Of a stretch of DNA of 35,672 nucleotides, positions 28,082-35,269 are shown one piece after another. This stretch comes from Fidelibacterota bacterium (GTDB taxonomy: Bacteria; Fidelibacterota; Fidelibacteria; Fidelibacterales; Fidelibacteraceae). Below the pieces are notes generated by a model, which was not told the origin of the DNA, searched no databases, and saw only the letters and a list, made by a program, of their open reading frames with translations. The stretch is from positions 1 through 35,672 of the forward strand of contig JAUXEL010000001.1 in the NCBI GenBank assembly GCA_030620575.1. The letters are read 5' to 3'. Both the position numbers and the translations under genes were made by a program. Within the stretch, counting starts at the first letter, position 1; every line of letters begins with the position of its first letter.

Positions 28082-28862
28082 AACCGATAAATATCCCTTG
28101 CGACATCCCAAGATACGGGTGGATGTTGATACATTCATTTGTACTCCAACGTCTTAGCGCTAACTGCAAATTCATCTTTAGTTGTCCACTTGATATTTCA
28201 TACAAGACTGAAACCTGAAACATATCCCAGGGACGGTAAACAAGTCCGGCAAATCCCTGCCATGGCAAATGCTCGCGTTTTTGCAATCCGCCAACCATTG
28301 TAAGTGTAGAATGCGGGGAGTATGTAACAGAAACGCCGGTAAGCGGTTCGAATAGTCGATACGTTTCGTCTTGCAGAAATGTCATGTCATAACGGGTTAG
28401 CAATGAAATAGTGCATTGAGGATGCGGAAACACTAAAATCCCGCCGGAACATGAACCGCTGTGAATTGTCTCAATATCTGGAATTACCGACATACCGTAG
28501 TGTATTTGAAGTCCGGCATGAATGTGATTTTCCTGCAGTACGGGAAATGCAATAGTAACAGCATGGTTCGACATGAGGCGATGATATTGGCTAATAAAAG
28601 TAAAAGATATGCGCGGTAGTCCCACATATATCAAACCTTCATGTATCCCGAAACCCGAAAAGCAGGACGACCATCCGCTTACAAAACATAGTGTATCTGG
28701 AAACACCGCGGGATTTACTATGCACGACAAGGGATTATGTTTATCCGGGATCTGCCCGTCCGAACTGCAGTTTATTAAATCTTCAATATGCCAAACAGCA
28801 GCATCAGCCACCGCAAAAAACGCGATAAATAAAACAATATATTTGAATTTCGTCCCGATCAT
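28071..28862 (-). CDS. Hypothetical secreted protein, outer-membrane beta-barrel-like (possibly PorQ/PorV-like)
   Basis: It has a signal peptide, an NPA-containing N-terminal motif (IVNPAVF) and an aromatic C-terminus (GYAY) typical of outer-membrane barrels. Confidence 0.45.
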   Translation of the reverse strand: MIGTKFKYIVLFIAFFAVADAAVWHIEDLINCSSDGQIPDKHNPLSCIVNPAVFPDTLCFVSGWSSCFSGFGIHEGLIYVGLPRISFTFISQYHRLMSNHAVTIAFPVLQENHIHAGLQIHYGMSVIPDIETIHSGSCSGGILVFPHPQCTISLLTRYDMTFLQDETYRLFEPLTGVSVTYSPHSTLTMVGGLQKREHLPWQGFAGLVYRPWDMFQVSVLYEISSGQLKMNLQLALRRWSTNECINIHPYLGMSQGIFIGYAY

Positions 28863-28915
28863 TTTGTATAAAGATTACATCGAATGATTCAATTATTCAA
28901 TCTGGATATTTTGAG

Positions 28916-28931
28916 TGTGACATGCATCACT
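28916..28931. promoter_or_regulatory. CRP/FNR-family-type site TGTGA-CATGCA-TCACT
   Basis: It matches TGTGA-N6-TCACA at 9 of 10 positions. It lies 54 nt upstream of the ATG at 28862. Confidence 0.3.
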
Positions 28932-28944
28932 AATTTGGTGTGAG

Positions 28945-28994
28945 AGTTTCGGAGTTCGGGGTTCGGAGTTCGGGGTTCGGAGTGTGGGGTGTGG
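28945..28994. repeat. G-rich degenerate heptamer array (AGTTTCGG AGTTCGG GGTTCGG AGTTCGG GGTTCGG AGTGTGG GGTGTGG)
   Basis: There are seven consecutive units, equivalent to 14-nt AGTTCGGGGTTCGG repeated. This was read directly from the sequence. Confidence 0.85.
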
Positions 28995-29062
28995 GGGTAT
29001 AGATGTAAATATTATATTTTCGACTTCTCAATTTTTCGATTATTCTTATGGTATATAAAAAA

Positions 29063-29087
29063 GGAACAGGCATGCCTGTTCCCTACA
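29063..29087 (+). repeat. Palindrome module A copy 1: GGAACAGGCATGCCTGTTCC plus CTACA
   Basis: This is a 20-bp perfect palindrome. An identical 25-mer occurs at 34989-35013(+) and 32854-32878(-). Confidence 0.9.
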
Positions 29088-29120
29088 CGTAACATTAATA
29101 TCAATTACTTTTATCTTTTA

Positions 29121-29214
29121 CCTTCCTCCTACGTCAAGACTACGGAGGACAAGTTTTACTTTTGCCTTCCCCCTACGCTCCTATTCGGAGCTTCGGAGGA
29201 CAAGTTTGCTTTTG
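29121..29214 (-). repeat. Tandem duplication (44 nt + 50 nt) of module C-related units
   Basis: Both units start CCTTCC(T/C)CCTACG and end CGGAGGACAAGTTT. The reverse complement of the ends resembles ACTTGTCCGGCGTAG of module C. Confidence 0.7.
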
Positions 29215-29222
29215 AGTAAATA

Positions 29223-30923
29223 TTACTCGTTTCTTGGGTCTTGTCTCTTGAATCTTGTATTCCTATGCCACATCATCATCCCAAACTGGTTTTGCTTCTC
29301 TTTTTCTGTTTTAGGAACATGAACTTTCTCTCCAGTCAGCGGATGATACCCGGTATAATACATGGCTGTGGAAATGGTCATAGGCGTGGGATAAAAATCC
29401 GCGGCTTGCTGTAATTTATGATTGCTGTTCTTGAGTTGTTTTCGAAGTTCCAGCATCATATTATCGGTACATCCCGGATGACCGGATATAAAATACGGAA
29501 CAATATATTGTTTCTTTTTTACCTTACGTGAAAATTCCCGGAATTTTTCAAGAAATTGAAAATATAAACGTCCTTCCGGTTTATTCATTATCCGCGTAAC
29601 ATCATCTACAAGATGTTCCGGAGCTATTTTTAAATGTCCTCCGGTAAATTGTGTTACCATAGTTTCCATTGCGGATAAATCGGCAAGCGCAAGATCGTGC
29701 CGCAGACCGGAGGCAATAAAAGCATGTTTAACTCCCGGAAGTGAGGCGGCATCTTTCAATAATTGGACGTATTTTTTTTGACCTCCGATAATGAGGTGTT
29801 TGCATATCTCCGGGTACAGGCAGTTCATTTCTTTGCAACCGCCTATTTTGCAGGTAATATCGTACATATTGGCTGTGGGTCCGCCAATATCACTTATTGT
29901 CCCCTTGAACCAGGATTTCGTTGTCAGCTCGCGAATTTCGCTTAATACGGATTCACTGCTGCGGCTCTGTATGCGCGGACCTTGATGAAAGGTGATCGCG
30001 CAAAAAGTGCAATTCCCAAAGCACCCGCGATGCGCGGTAATGGAATTTTTTATTTGCTCCCAAGCGGGAATACTTTCTTTATATTTTGGATGCGGTTCCC
30101 GCGTAAATGGCAGTGCATATAGCGCGTCAAGTTCTTTTCGGCTCATGGGTTTTGCCGGAAAATTGATGCAAAGCAGTTGGTCACCATGCTGTTGGTACAA
30201 TGTTTTTGCGTAAGGAAAAACCCGGTTTTCGTATTGCAAACGTGTCATGGCGTTGAAGGCTTTTTTATCCTGCTGTACCGTTTCGAATGAGGGTAATTCA
30301 ATGCTGTCGGGAATTTGATCTTTAACCCGGCAGACCGTCCCGGGAACGTTCTGAATATTCCGAATTGTTTCTTCCTTTGCAAGCCGGTTCACTACTTCCT
30401 TGATCGGCAATTCGCCCATACCGTAGATAAGAATGTCCGCTTTACTGTCGATAAGGATACTGCGTCGGACTTTATTGCTCCAATAATCGTAATGTGCCAT
30501 GCGCCGCAGGCTGGCCTCGATACCGCCAATAATAACGGGTATATCCTTGTATGCCGCACGCAACATATTGGTGTAAACAATACTTGCCCGATTTGGCCGC
30601 CTGCCGGCTTTGCCGCCCGGTGTATAGGTGTCTTCTCTGCGTTTTTTATGGTTTACGGTATAGTGGGCAACCATGGAATCGATATTTCCTGCCGTGACGG
30701 CAAAGCAAAGGCGCGGAGCGCCTAAGCGCATGGCTTCGTCGGGGGATGTCCAGTCGGGTTGGTCAAGAATTCCGACTTTATACCCTTCTGCCTTTAAAAC
30801 CCGTGCGATAATTGCCGTGCCAAAAGACGGGTGGTCAACATAAGCGTCGCCGCTGACGATGATAACATCACATTGATCCCAACCTAAATTATTCATTTCA
30901 TTTTTGTTTGTGGGAAAAATCAT
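29223..30923 (-). CDS. ygiQ: YgiQ family radical SAM protein (UPF0313)
   Basis: This is a 566-aa ORF. The N-terminus DVIIVSGDAYVDHPSFG is typical of YgiQ. It has a radical SAM motif (CFGNCTFC). Confidence 0.9.
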   Translation of the reverse strand: MIFPTNKNEMNNLGWDQCDVIIVSGDAYVDHPSFGTAIIARVLKAEGYKVGILDQPDWTSPDEAMRLGAPRLCFAVTAGNIDSMVAHYTVNHKKRREDTYTPGGKAGRRPNRASIVYTNMLRAAYKDIPVIIGGIEASLRRMAHYDYWSNKVRRSILIDSKADILIYGMGELPIKEVVNRLAKEETIRNIQNVPGTVCRVKDQIPDSIELPSFETVQQDKKAFNAMTRLQYENRVFPYAKTLYQQHGDQLLCINFPAKPMSRKELDALYALPFTREPHPKYKESIPAWEQIKNSITAHRGCFGNCTFCAITFHQGPRIQSRSSESVLSEIRELTTKSWFKGTISDIGGPTANMYDITCKIGGCKEMNCLYPEICKHLIIGGQKKYVQLLKDAASLPGVKHAFIASGLRHDLALADLSAMETMVTQFTGGHLKIAPEHLVDDVTRIMNKPEGRLYFQFLEKFREFSRKVKKKQYIVPYFISGHPGCTDNMMLELRKQLKNSNHKLQQAADFYPTPMTISTAMYYTGYHPLTGEKVHVPKTEKEKQNQFGMMMWHRNTRFKRQDPRNE

Positions 30924-30940
30924 GTGGTAATCTATTTATT

Positions 30941-31010
30941 AATTGACAATTGACAAAGGAGAATTGATAATTCAAGACAAAAGAATAAAGTATAAAGGCA
31001 AAAGTTAAGT
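30941..31010. repeat. Degenerate 7-nt periodic tract, ten units (AATTGAC AATTGAC AAAGGAG AATTGAT AATTCAA GACAAAA GAATAAA GTATAAA GGCAAAA GTTAAGT)
   Basis: It was read directly from the sequence. It begins 18 nt upstream of the ygiQ ATG. Confidence 0.7.
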
Positions 31011-31184
31011 AACTATAACAATTCAGTCAAAATATTCAGGTGCCGCCTTAGCTCCGACGCGTTAAGAAAATCTGATGAGTGAGCGTTTAAAAATGCAGGG
31101 GTTGAGTTTGCGAAACCTTTCTTGTATTTTAGCGAACGAAGAGAATTTTTAGCCAAAGGAGGTACAGCGGCTGTCTTTCTTTTG

Positions 31185-31215
31185 CTTCTTTTCTTTGGAC
31201 AGCAAAGAAAAGAAG
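31185..31215. repeat. Perfect 12-bp polypyrimidine/polypurine hairpin (CTTCTTTTCTTT / AAAGAAAAGAAG, 7-nt loop)
   Basis: This inverted repeat was read directly from the sequence. It lies in the cysS-ygiQ intergenic region. Confidence 0.7.
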
Positions 31216-31373
31216 GAGAAGATATCCTGAAATTTCTTTTTAGTTTATTGCTTTGAATCATTTTCTGCATCGTGATAAACTGAGAGATCCTGAAACCATG
31301 CCACTCCGTTAGCTAACGGATTCACCACCGCGAGCAAGATTAAGATGATAGGTTGAATTTAATCGTGGTTTAA

Positions 31374-32786
31374 TTAAGATTTAATCTTATATCCAGTTCC
31401 GTCTTTACGGTCGAGTAATTCCACGCCCATGGCATCTAATTCATCTCGAATCTTATCCGCTAATGCCCAATCTTTGTTTGCGCGTGCGGCATTTCGTTCG
31501 GCAATTTTTTCCCGGATAAAGCTCTCGTCAACTTTAACGGAAGTTTTTGAGCGATAAAATATGACACCCAAAACACCATCAACACGTTGTAATGCTGTGA
31601 TAATTTCTATTTTATCGCTTTCCGTCAGGGGTGTTCCCAGTTTTATACGGTTGATATTGCGAATACCGTCAAAGACAGCCGACAAAGCAGGTGAGATATT
31701 CAAATCGTCATCCATAGAGGTTTCAAATTTTTCCAGCATGGTTTTCACTGCTTTTTTTACTGTGGCTGACAGTGATCCTTTTTTGACATGATCCAACTCA
31801 AAAAGGAAGTCGTCAAAGCGTTTTAGCGTGTTTTCAGCAGCGTCAAGTACCTCGAGTGTAAAATTCAATTTCTGGCGGTAATGCGTGGAGAGCAACACGT
31901 AACGAATAGCTGCCGGGGAATAACCTTTTTCAATCAGCCCGTTAATATAGATAATATTCCCCAATGATTTGCTCATTTTACTGTTGCCCCAAAGCAGATG
32001 CTCGCAATGTAGCCAGTAATTCACAAAAGGTTTGCCGGTCGCGCCTTCGCTTTGCGCGATCTCATTTTCATGATGCGGAAACAGGTTATCAACGCCGCCG
32101 GTGTGAATATCGAAGGTTTCACCGAGGTATTTCATGGACATTGCCGAGCATTCAATATGCCAGCCCGGACGACCTTTGCCAATTTCGGTGTCCCAATAAA
32201 TTTCTCCATCCTCAGGCTTATACGCCTTCCAAAGTGCAAAATCATTGACTGATTCTTTGCTGTATTCATCGTCATCCACCCGCGTACCGGGTTTCATATT
32301 TGCCATATCCAACCGCTGCAGTTTTCCGTAATTGGGGAAAGCAGATATTTTGAAGAAAATGTTTCCGTCGTTTGCTTTGTAGGCTAATCCTTTTTCCTGC
32401 AGTTTTTTTACCAAGTCCACCATTTCGGGAATATGCTCCGTTGCCGCGGGGAAGACCTCCGCTTTATCAATGTGCAGAGTATCCAGATCCGCAAAAAACG
32501 ATTCCTTGTATATATCGGTATAATCATGAATGCCGGTATTTGTTTCTGTGCATTTTTTAATGATCTTGTCGTCTACATCCGTAATGTTCATGACTTGCGT
32601 GACTTCGTAACCTTTAAATTTAAGATAGCGTTTCAGTAGATCTTCGAACATGTAGGCGCGGAAATTTCCAATATGTCCATAATTATAAACGGTCGGACCG
32701 CAATTATACATACCGACCTTCCCGGGACGGATCGGAGTAAAAATTTCTTTTTTACGTGTCATGGTATTGTAAAATCGCAGAGCCAT
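31374..32786 (-). CDS. cysS: Cysteine--tRNA ligase
   Basis: This is a 470-aa ORF with a HIGH-type motif (GHIGN), a KMSKS motif and CysRS-like sequence throughout. Confidence 0.95.
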   Translation of the reverse strand: MALRFYNTMTRKKEIFTPIRPGKVGMYNCGPTVYNYGHIGNFRAYMFEDLLKRYLKFKGYEVTQVMNITDVDDKIIKKCTETNTGIHDYTDIYKESFFADLDTLHIDKAEVFPAATEHIPEMVDLVKKLQEKGLAYKANDGNIFFKISAFPNYGKLQRLDMANMKPGTRVDDDEYSKESVNDFALWKAYKPEDGEIYWDTEIGKGRPGWHIECSAMSMKYLGETFDIHTGGVDNLFPHHENEIAQSEGATGKPFVNYWLHCEHLLWGNSKMSKSLGNIIYINGLIEKGYSPAAIRYVLLSTHYRQKLNFTLEVLDAAENTLKRFDDFLFELDHVKKGSLSATVKKAVKTMLEKFETSMDDDLNISPALSAVFDGIRNINRIKLGTPLTESDKIEIITALQRVDGVLGVIFYRSKTSVKVDESFIREKIAERNAARANKDWALADKIRDELDAMGVELLDRKDGTGYKIKS

Positions 32787-32853
32787 TTGATATCCTTATT
32801 TTTCATCAGAAAATAATGAATAAATATGCAATGGGAAAGAACAATTGAATTAA

Positions 32854-32878
32854 TGTAGGGAACAGGCATGCCTGTTCC
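32854..32878 (-). repeat. Palindrome module A copy 2 (inverted orientation)
   Basis: The reverse complement is GGAACAGGCATGCCTGTTCCCTACA. It lies 27 nt downstream of the ddl stop and about 70 nt upstream of the cysS ATG. Confidence 0.9.
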
Positions 32879-32904
32879 GTACATGTATTTTAATTCTGCA
32901 TGGA

Positions 32905-33894
32905 TTATGAATTTAACACATCATCAATTATTATCTTCAGCAATTCCGGAAATCCAATGCCAATCGCCTTTGCTGATTTTGGAACCAGGCTGGTGGCCGT
33001 CATACCGGGAAGTGTGTTGGCTTCTAATAAATAAATTTCCTTATCCGGCGTCATGCGAAAATCAATGCGGGCATAGTTTTTGAGTCCCAATACCTTGTAC
33101 ACCTTTACGGCATAATCTTGCATGGACTTTGTGCTTGCATCATCCAATGGGGCCGGAACGGTGTATTCGGTTTTATCGCCCATGTATTTTGCTTTGTAAT
33201 CATTCACGCCGTGCGGATTTACTTTAACGATCGGGAAGGCCTCACCTTTAATGACGGGAATATTATATTCTTCGCCGGGGATATAGGATTCAATAATTAC
33301 TTCATCGCTAAATTTTAAGGCTTCTGAAGTGGCTTCGTAAAGATCGGCTTCCTCAAGAAAAACCGCAAGTCCCATAGATGATCCGGAATTATTGGGTTTG
33401 ACAATCAGGGGAAATGAAACCGTATCGGGATGATGAATGGGAATATGATGTAATTCGCCGTCAGCACATTTCACATTCACGGATCGTGCCAAAATCTTGG
33501 TTTTATATTTATCCATGGCAATGGCGGATGCTTCAAAACCGGAACCTGTGTAGGGAATACCGGCCATATCCAGCACCGCGGAAATCACGCCGTTTTCACC
33601 GTTTTCACCATGTAGCGCGTTAAATACCAGTTTGACATTTTCTTTCTTTAGATAAGGGATATGATTAATAAAATAATGATCACGAAGTTTTGACATGGTT
33701 TCAAAATCCATGTTTTCCATGGAGATCATATTCAGATTTTTGCGAAAAGCGTCCATATCGCAAAGCGGCGTAGCGGGATCTAAAAACAGAACATCATGTC
33801 CCATGCTTTTCAATGCCTTCGCAATGGCCGTTCCGCTGTGCAGTGATACTATCCGCTCCGGAGACGCTCCACCCAACAATACACAAATCTTCAT
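32905..33894 (-). CDS. ddl: D-alanine--D-alanine ligase
   Basis: This is a 329-aa ORF. The N-terminus KICVLLGGASPERIVSLHSG and the ATP-grasp blocks are typical of Ddl. Confidence 0.9.
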   Translation of the reverse strand: MKICVLLGGASPERIVSLHSGTAIAKALKSMGHDVLFLDPATPLCDMDAFRKNLNMISMENMDFETMSKLRDHYFINHIPYLKKENVKLVFNALHGENGENGVISAVLDMAGIPYTGSGFEASAIAMDKYKTKILARSVNVKCADGELHHIPIHHPDTVSFPLIVKPNNSGSSMGLAVFLEEADLYEATSEALKFSDEVIIESYIPGEEYNIPVIKGEAFPIVKVNPHGVNDYKAKYMGDKTEYTVPAPLDDASTKSMQDYAVKVYKVLGLKNYARIDFRMTPDKEIYLLEANTLPGMTATSLVPKSAKAIGIGFPELLKIIIDDVLNS

Positions 33895-33897
33895 ATT

Positions 33898-34452
33898 TTA
33901 TCCTTTGTTTCGTTTGATAATATCTTTCACTGCGTTCCCTAAATTTTTGACCGGGATATAAGGAATATTTCCGGCATCACATTTGACTTTTGTGACCGGT
34001 CCCCAGCCCTGATCAACAAGATAGAACGGGATCTTTAAATGTTTCGCCGCTTGCGCATCGCCAAAACCGTCACCCACGAATACAGATTCTTCCATAATAA
34101 TATCATGTTCAAGTTTGGCGCGAACAAACATGCCAATTCCCGGTTTCCGGCAGTTGCAACCTTCATCGGGGGTATGCGGACAATAATAGTAGTCGTCAAT
34201 ATGACCGCCATTAGCTTCTGATCCGCAAATCACTTTATCGAAAATCGCTTCCGCGGTACGACGGGTGATCAATTCTTTGCCGATGCCGGCCTGATTGCTG
34301 ACGATAATAATTTGAATTCCCGCTTTTGTGAGTCGTTTTATTGCTGCGGGAACATCTTCGTGAATAGACACATCTTCTTCATGAAGAAGGTAATCGGATT
34401 TATTCACATTCAGTACACCATCACGGTCTAAAAATACGGTCGTTATTTTCAT
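33898..34452 (-). CDS. gmhB: D-glycero-beta-D-manno-heptose-1,7-bisphosphate 7-phosphatase (HAD-IIIA)
   Basis: It has the FLDRDGVLN and SNQAGIG motifs and the Zn-finger pattern CPH ... CNCRKP. The stop lies 3 nt before the ddl start. Confidence 0.85.
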   Translation of the reverse strand: MKITTVFLDRDGVLNVNKSDYLLHEEDVSIHEDVPAAIKRLTKAGIQIIIVSNQAGIGKELITRRTAEAIFDKVICGSEANGGHIDDYYYCPHTPDEGCNCRKPGIGMFVRAKLEHDIIMEESVFVGDGFGDAQAAKHLKIPFYLVDQGWGPVTKVKCDAGNIPYIPVKNLGNAVKDIIKRNKG

Positions 34453-34457
34453 GCTCT

Positions 34458-34486
34458 ATTTTATTAAAATTTGGGGGCTGTTGCAA
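34458..34486 (-). promoter_or_regulatory. Candidate promoter of gmhB-ddl, implying a leaderless or near-leaderless mRNA
   Basis: On the minus strand it reads TTGCAA (34486-34481), a 17-nt spacer and TAAAAT (34463-34458). The gmhB ATG starts 6 nt after the -10 hexamer. There is no Shine-Dalgarno sequence. Confidence 0.3.
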
Positions 34487-34495
34487 ATCTTTCAT
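34474..34495 (+). repeat. 22-nt exact direct repeat module B, copy 1 (GGGGCTGTTGCAAATCTTTCAT)
   Basis: It is identical to 34927-34948. Similarity extends a few nt further on the 3' side. Confidence 0.9.
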
Positions 34496-34514
34496 GGAGA
34501 AAAAACCTCACACG

Positions 34515-34561
34515 ACTTGTCCGGCGTAGTCACGCCCTTTTAGGCGGACGAAGACGGAAGG
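34515..34561 (+). repeat. Hairpin repeat module C copy (ACTTGTCCGGCGTAG, a 7-bp bulged stem at 34529-34549, then GAAGACGGAAGG)
   Basis: The leader and trailer align with the reverse complement of 14885-14941. The hairpin sequence differs but still pairs. Confidence 0.65.
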
Positions 34562-34592
34562 CACGGAGTAAGAAAAGACACAAAGAAGATTT

Positions 34593-34641
34593 AAGGTGTA
34601 AGATTAAGGTTAAGGCTAAGAAAAAGAACAAGAAAGACAAC
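34593..34641. repeat. Degenerate 6-nt periodic tract (AAGGTGT AAGATT AAGGTT AAGGCT AAGAAA AAGAAC AAGAAA GACAAC)
   Basis: It was read directly from the sequence. It shares the AAGGTY unit with the tract at 35211-35246. Confidence 0.7.
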
Positions 34642-34666
34642 CGGTCGGAAAATAACCTACATAATC

Positions 34667-34714
34667 CATCCCCCTCGCGTCATCCCGGACGAGCGCAGCG
34701 AAGATCCGGGATCT
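34667..34714 (-). repeat. Hairpin repeat module D, copy 2 (stem ATCCCGGA 34682-34689 / TCCGGGAT 34705-34712)
   Basis: The reverse complement aligns with 121-177, including the GACGCGAGGGG flank. Confidence 0.7.
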
Positions 34715-34857
34715 CAACTCTCTTTCCTTGCCGCATCAGCTTTTGTATATTTTGTCGACCTCCCCAACCCCTCCAAAGGAGGGGCTTTGTGAAGTCTTTC
34801 CTTCGGGGAGCAAAGGAGGGTTTACTCTTCCGAAGCGACTTTGTTCTTTTATTGTAA

Positions 34858-34897
34858 ACTTTGTCCGGCGTAATCCGCCACAGTTGAAAATAACGGA
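34858..34897 (+). repeat. Hairpin repeat module C copy (ACTTTGTCCGGCGTAATCCGCC, stem ATCCG/CGGAT)
   Basis: The leader matches the module C consensus, and a 5-bp stem follows. Confidence 0.55.
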
Positions 34898-34926
34898 TGA
34901 CTAAATAGAGCTTATTTAACCCCGCT

Positions 34927-34948
34927 GGGGCTGTTGCAAATCTTTCAT
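34927..34948 (+). repeat. 22-nt exact direct repeat module B, copy 2
   Basis: It is identical to 34474-34495, 453 nt away. Confidence 0.9.
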
Positions 34949-34988
34949 AGGAAAATATATGCTTGGTGGTAAAATATTGGCGTCGTAA

Positions 34989-35013
34989 GGAACAGGCATG
35001 CCTGTTCCCTACA
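34989..35013 (+). repeat. Palindrome module A copy 3
   Basis: It reads GGAACAGGCATGCCTGTTCCCTACA, identical to 29063-29087. Confidence 0.9.
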
Positions 35014-35180
35014 ATTGCCTCCTTTCCCATCTGCGTTAATTTGCTCCCGCCCGGCAGATGATCTTCCGGATATATTGAAAAACAACAAAAAACGCAATGT
35101 TATGCACCGAAAACAAAATAATTGGGACGGGTTGTGAAAATATGCGACATCAAACACCCTATTTCCTTTCGAATCATTAT

Positions 35181-35210
35181 TGTATCCCATCGTATCATAT
35201 CGTATCAATC
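35181..35210. repeat. Three 10-nt units (TGTATCCCAT CGTATCATAT CGTATCAATC)
   Basis: It was read directly from the sequence. CGTATC recurs at 35354-35359. Confidence 0.7.
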
Positions 35211-35246
35211 AAGGTCAAGGTTGAGGTTGAGGGTTAAAGATTAAAA
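35211..35246. repeat. Degenerate 6-nt periodic tract (AAGGTC AAGGTT GAGGTT GAGGGT TAAAGA TTAAAA)
   Basis: It was read directly from the sequence. Confidence 0.7.
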
Positions 35247-35269
35247 TTTGTTAAAATATTGAATTTCCA

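Noticed and set aside
31072-31116. Hammerhead-ribozyme-like core (CTGATGAG ... CGAAAC)
   Set aside because: The required helices do not form. Stem II would be six pairs, three of them G-U wobbles. No GUH site has a complementary stem III partner upstream. The only downstream option needs a loop of about 45 nt and leaves stem I unpaired.
31013-31270. 85-aa ORF between cysS and ygiQ
   Set aside because: It is a basic, low-complexity translation spanning the polypurine hairpin and heptamer tract, so it is unlikely to be a real gene.
34474-34495. tmRNA-like 5' end (GGGGCTG...)
   Set aside because: There is no T-arm (GGTTCGA-type) and no matching acceptor 3' strand with CCA. There is no tag-peptide reading frame. 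The word is simply one copy of a 22-nt dispersed repeat.
34474-34948. Possible CRISPR-like array from the 22-nt exact repeat
   Set aside because: There are only two copies, 453 nt apart. The intervening DNA is made of other repeat modules, and there are no cas genes.
34471-35208. Three ORFs of 87-128 aa in the long intergenic region
   Set aside because: They are Lys/Arg-rich or low-complexity read-through of periodic tracts and hairpin modules. They overlap on opposite strands and have no ribosome-binding sites.
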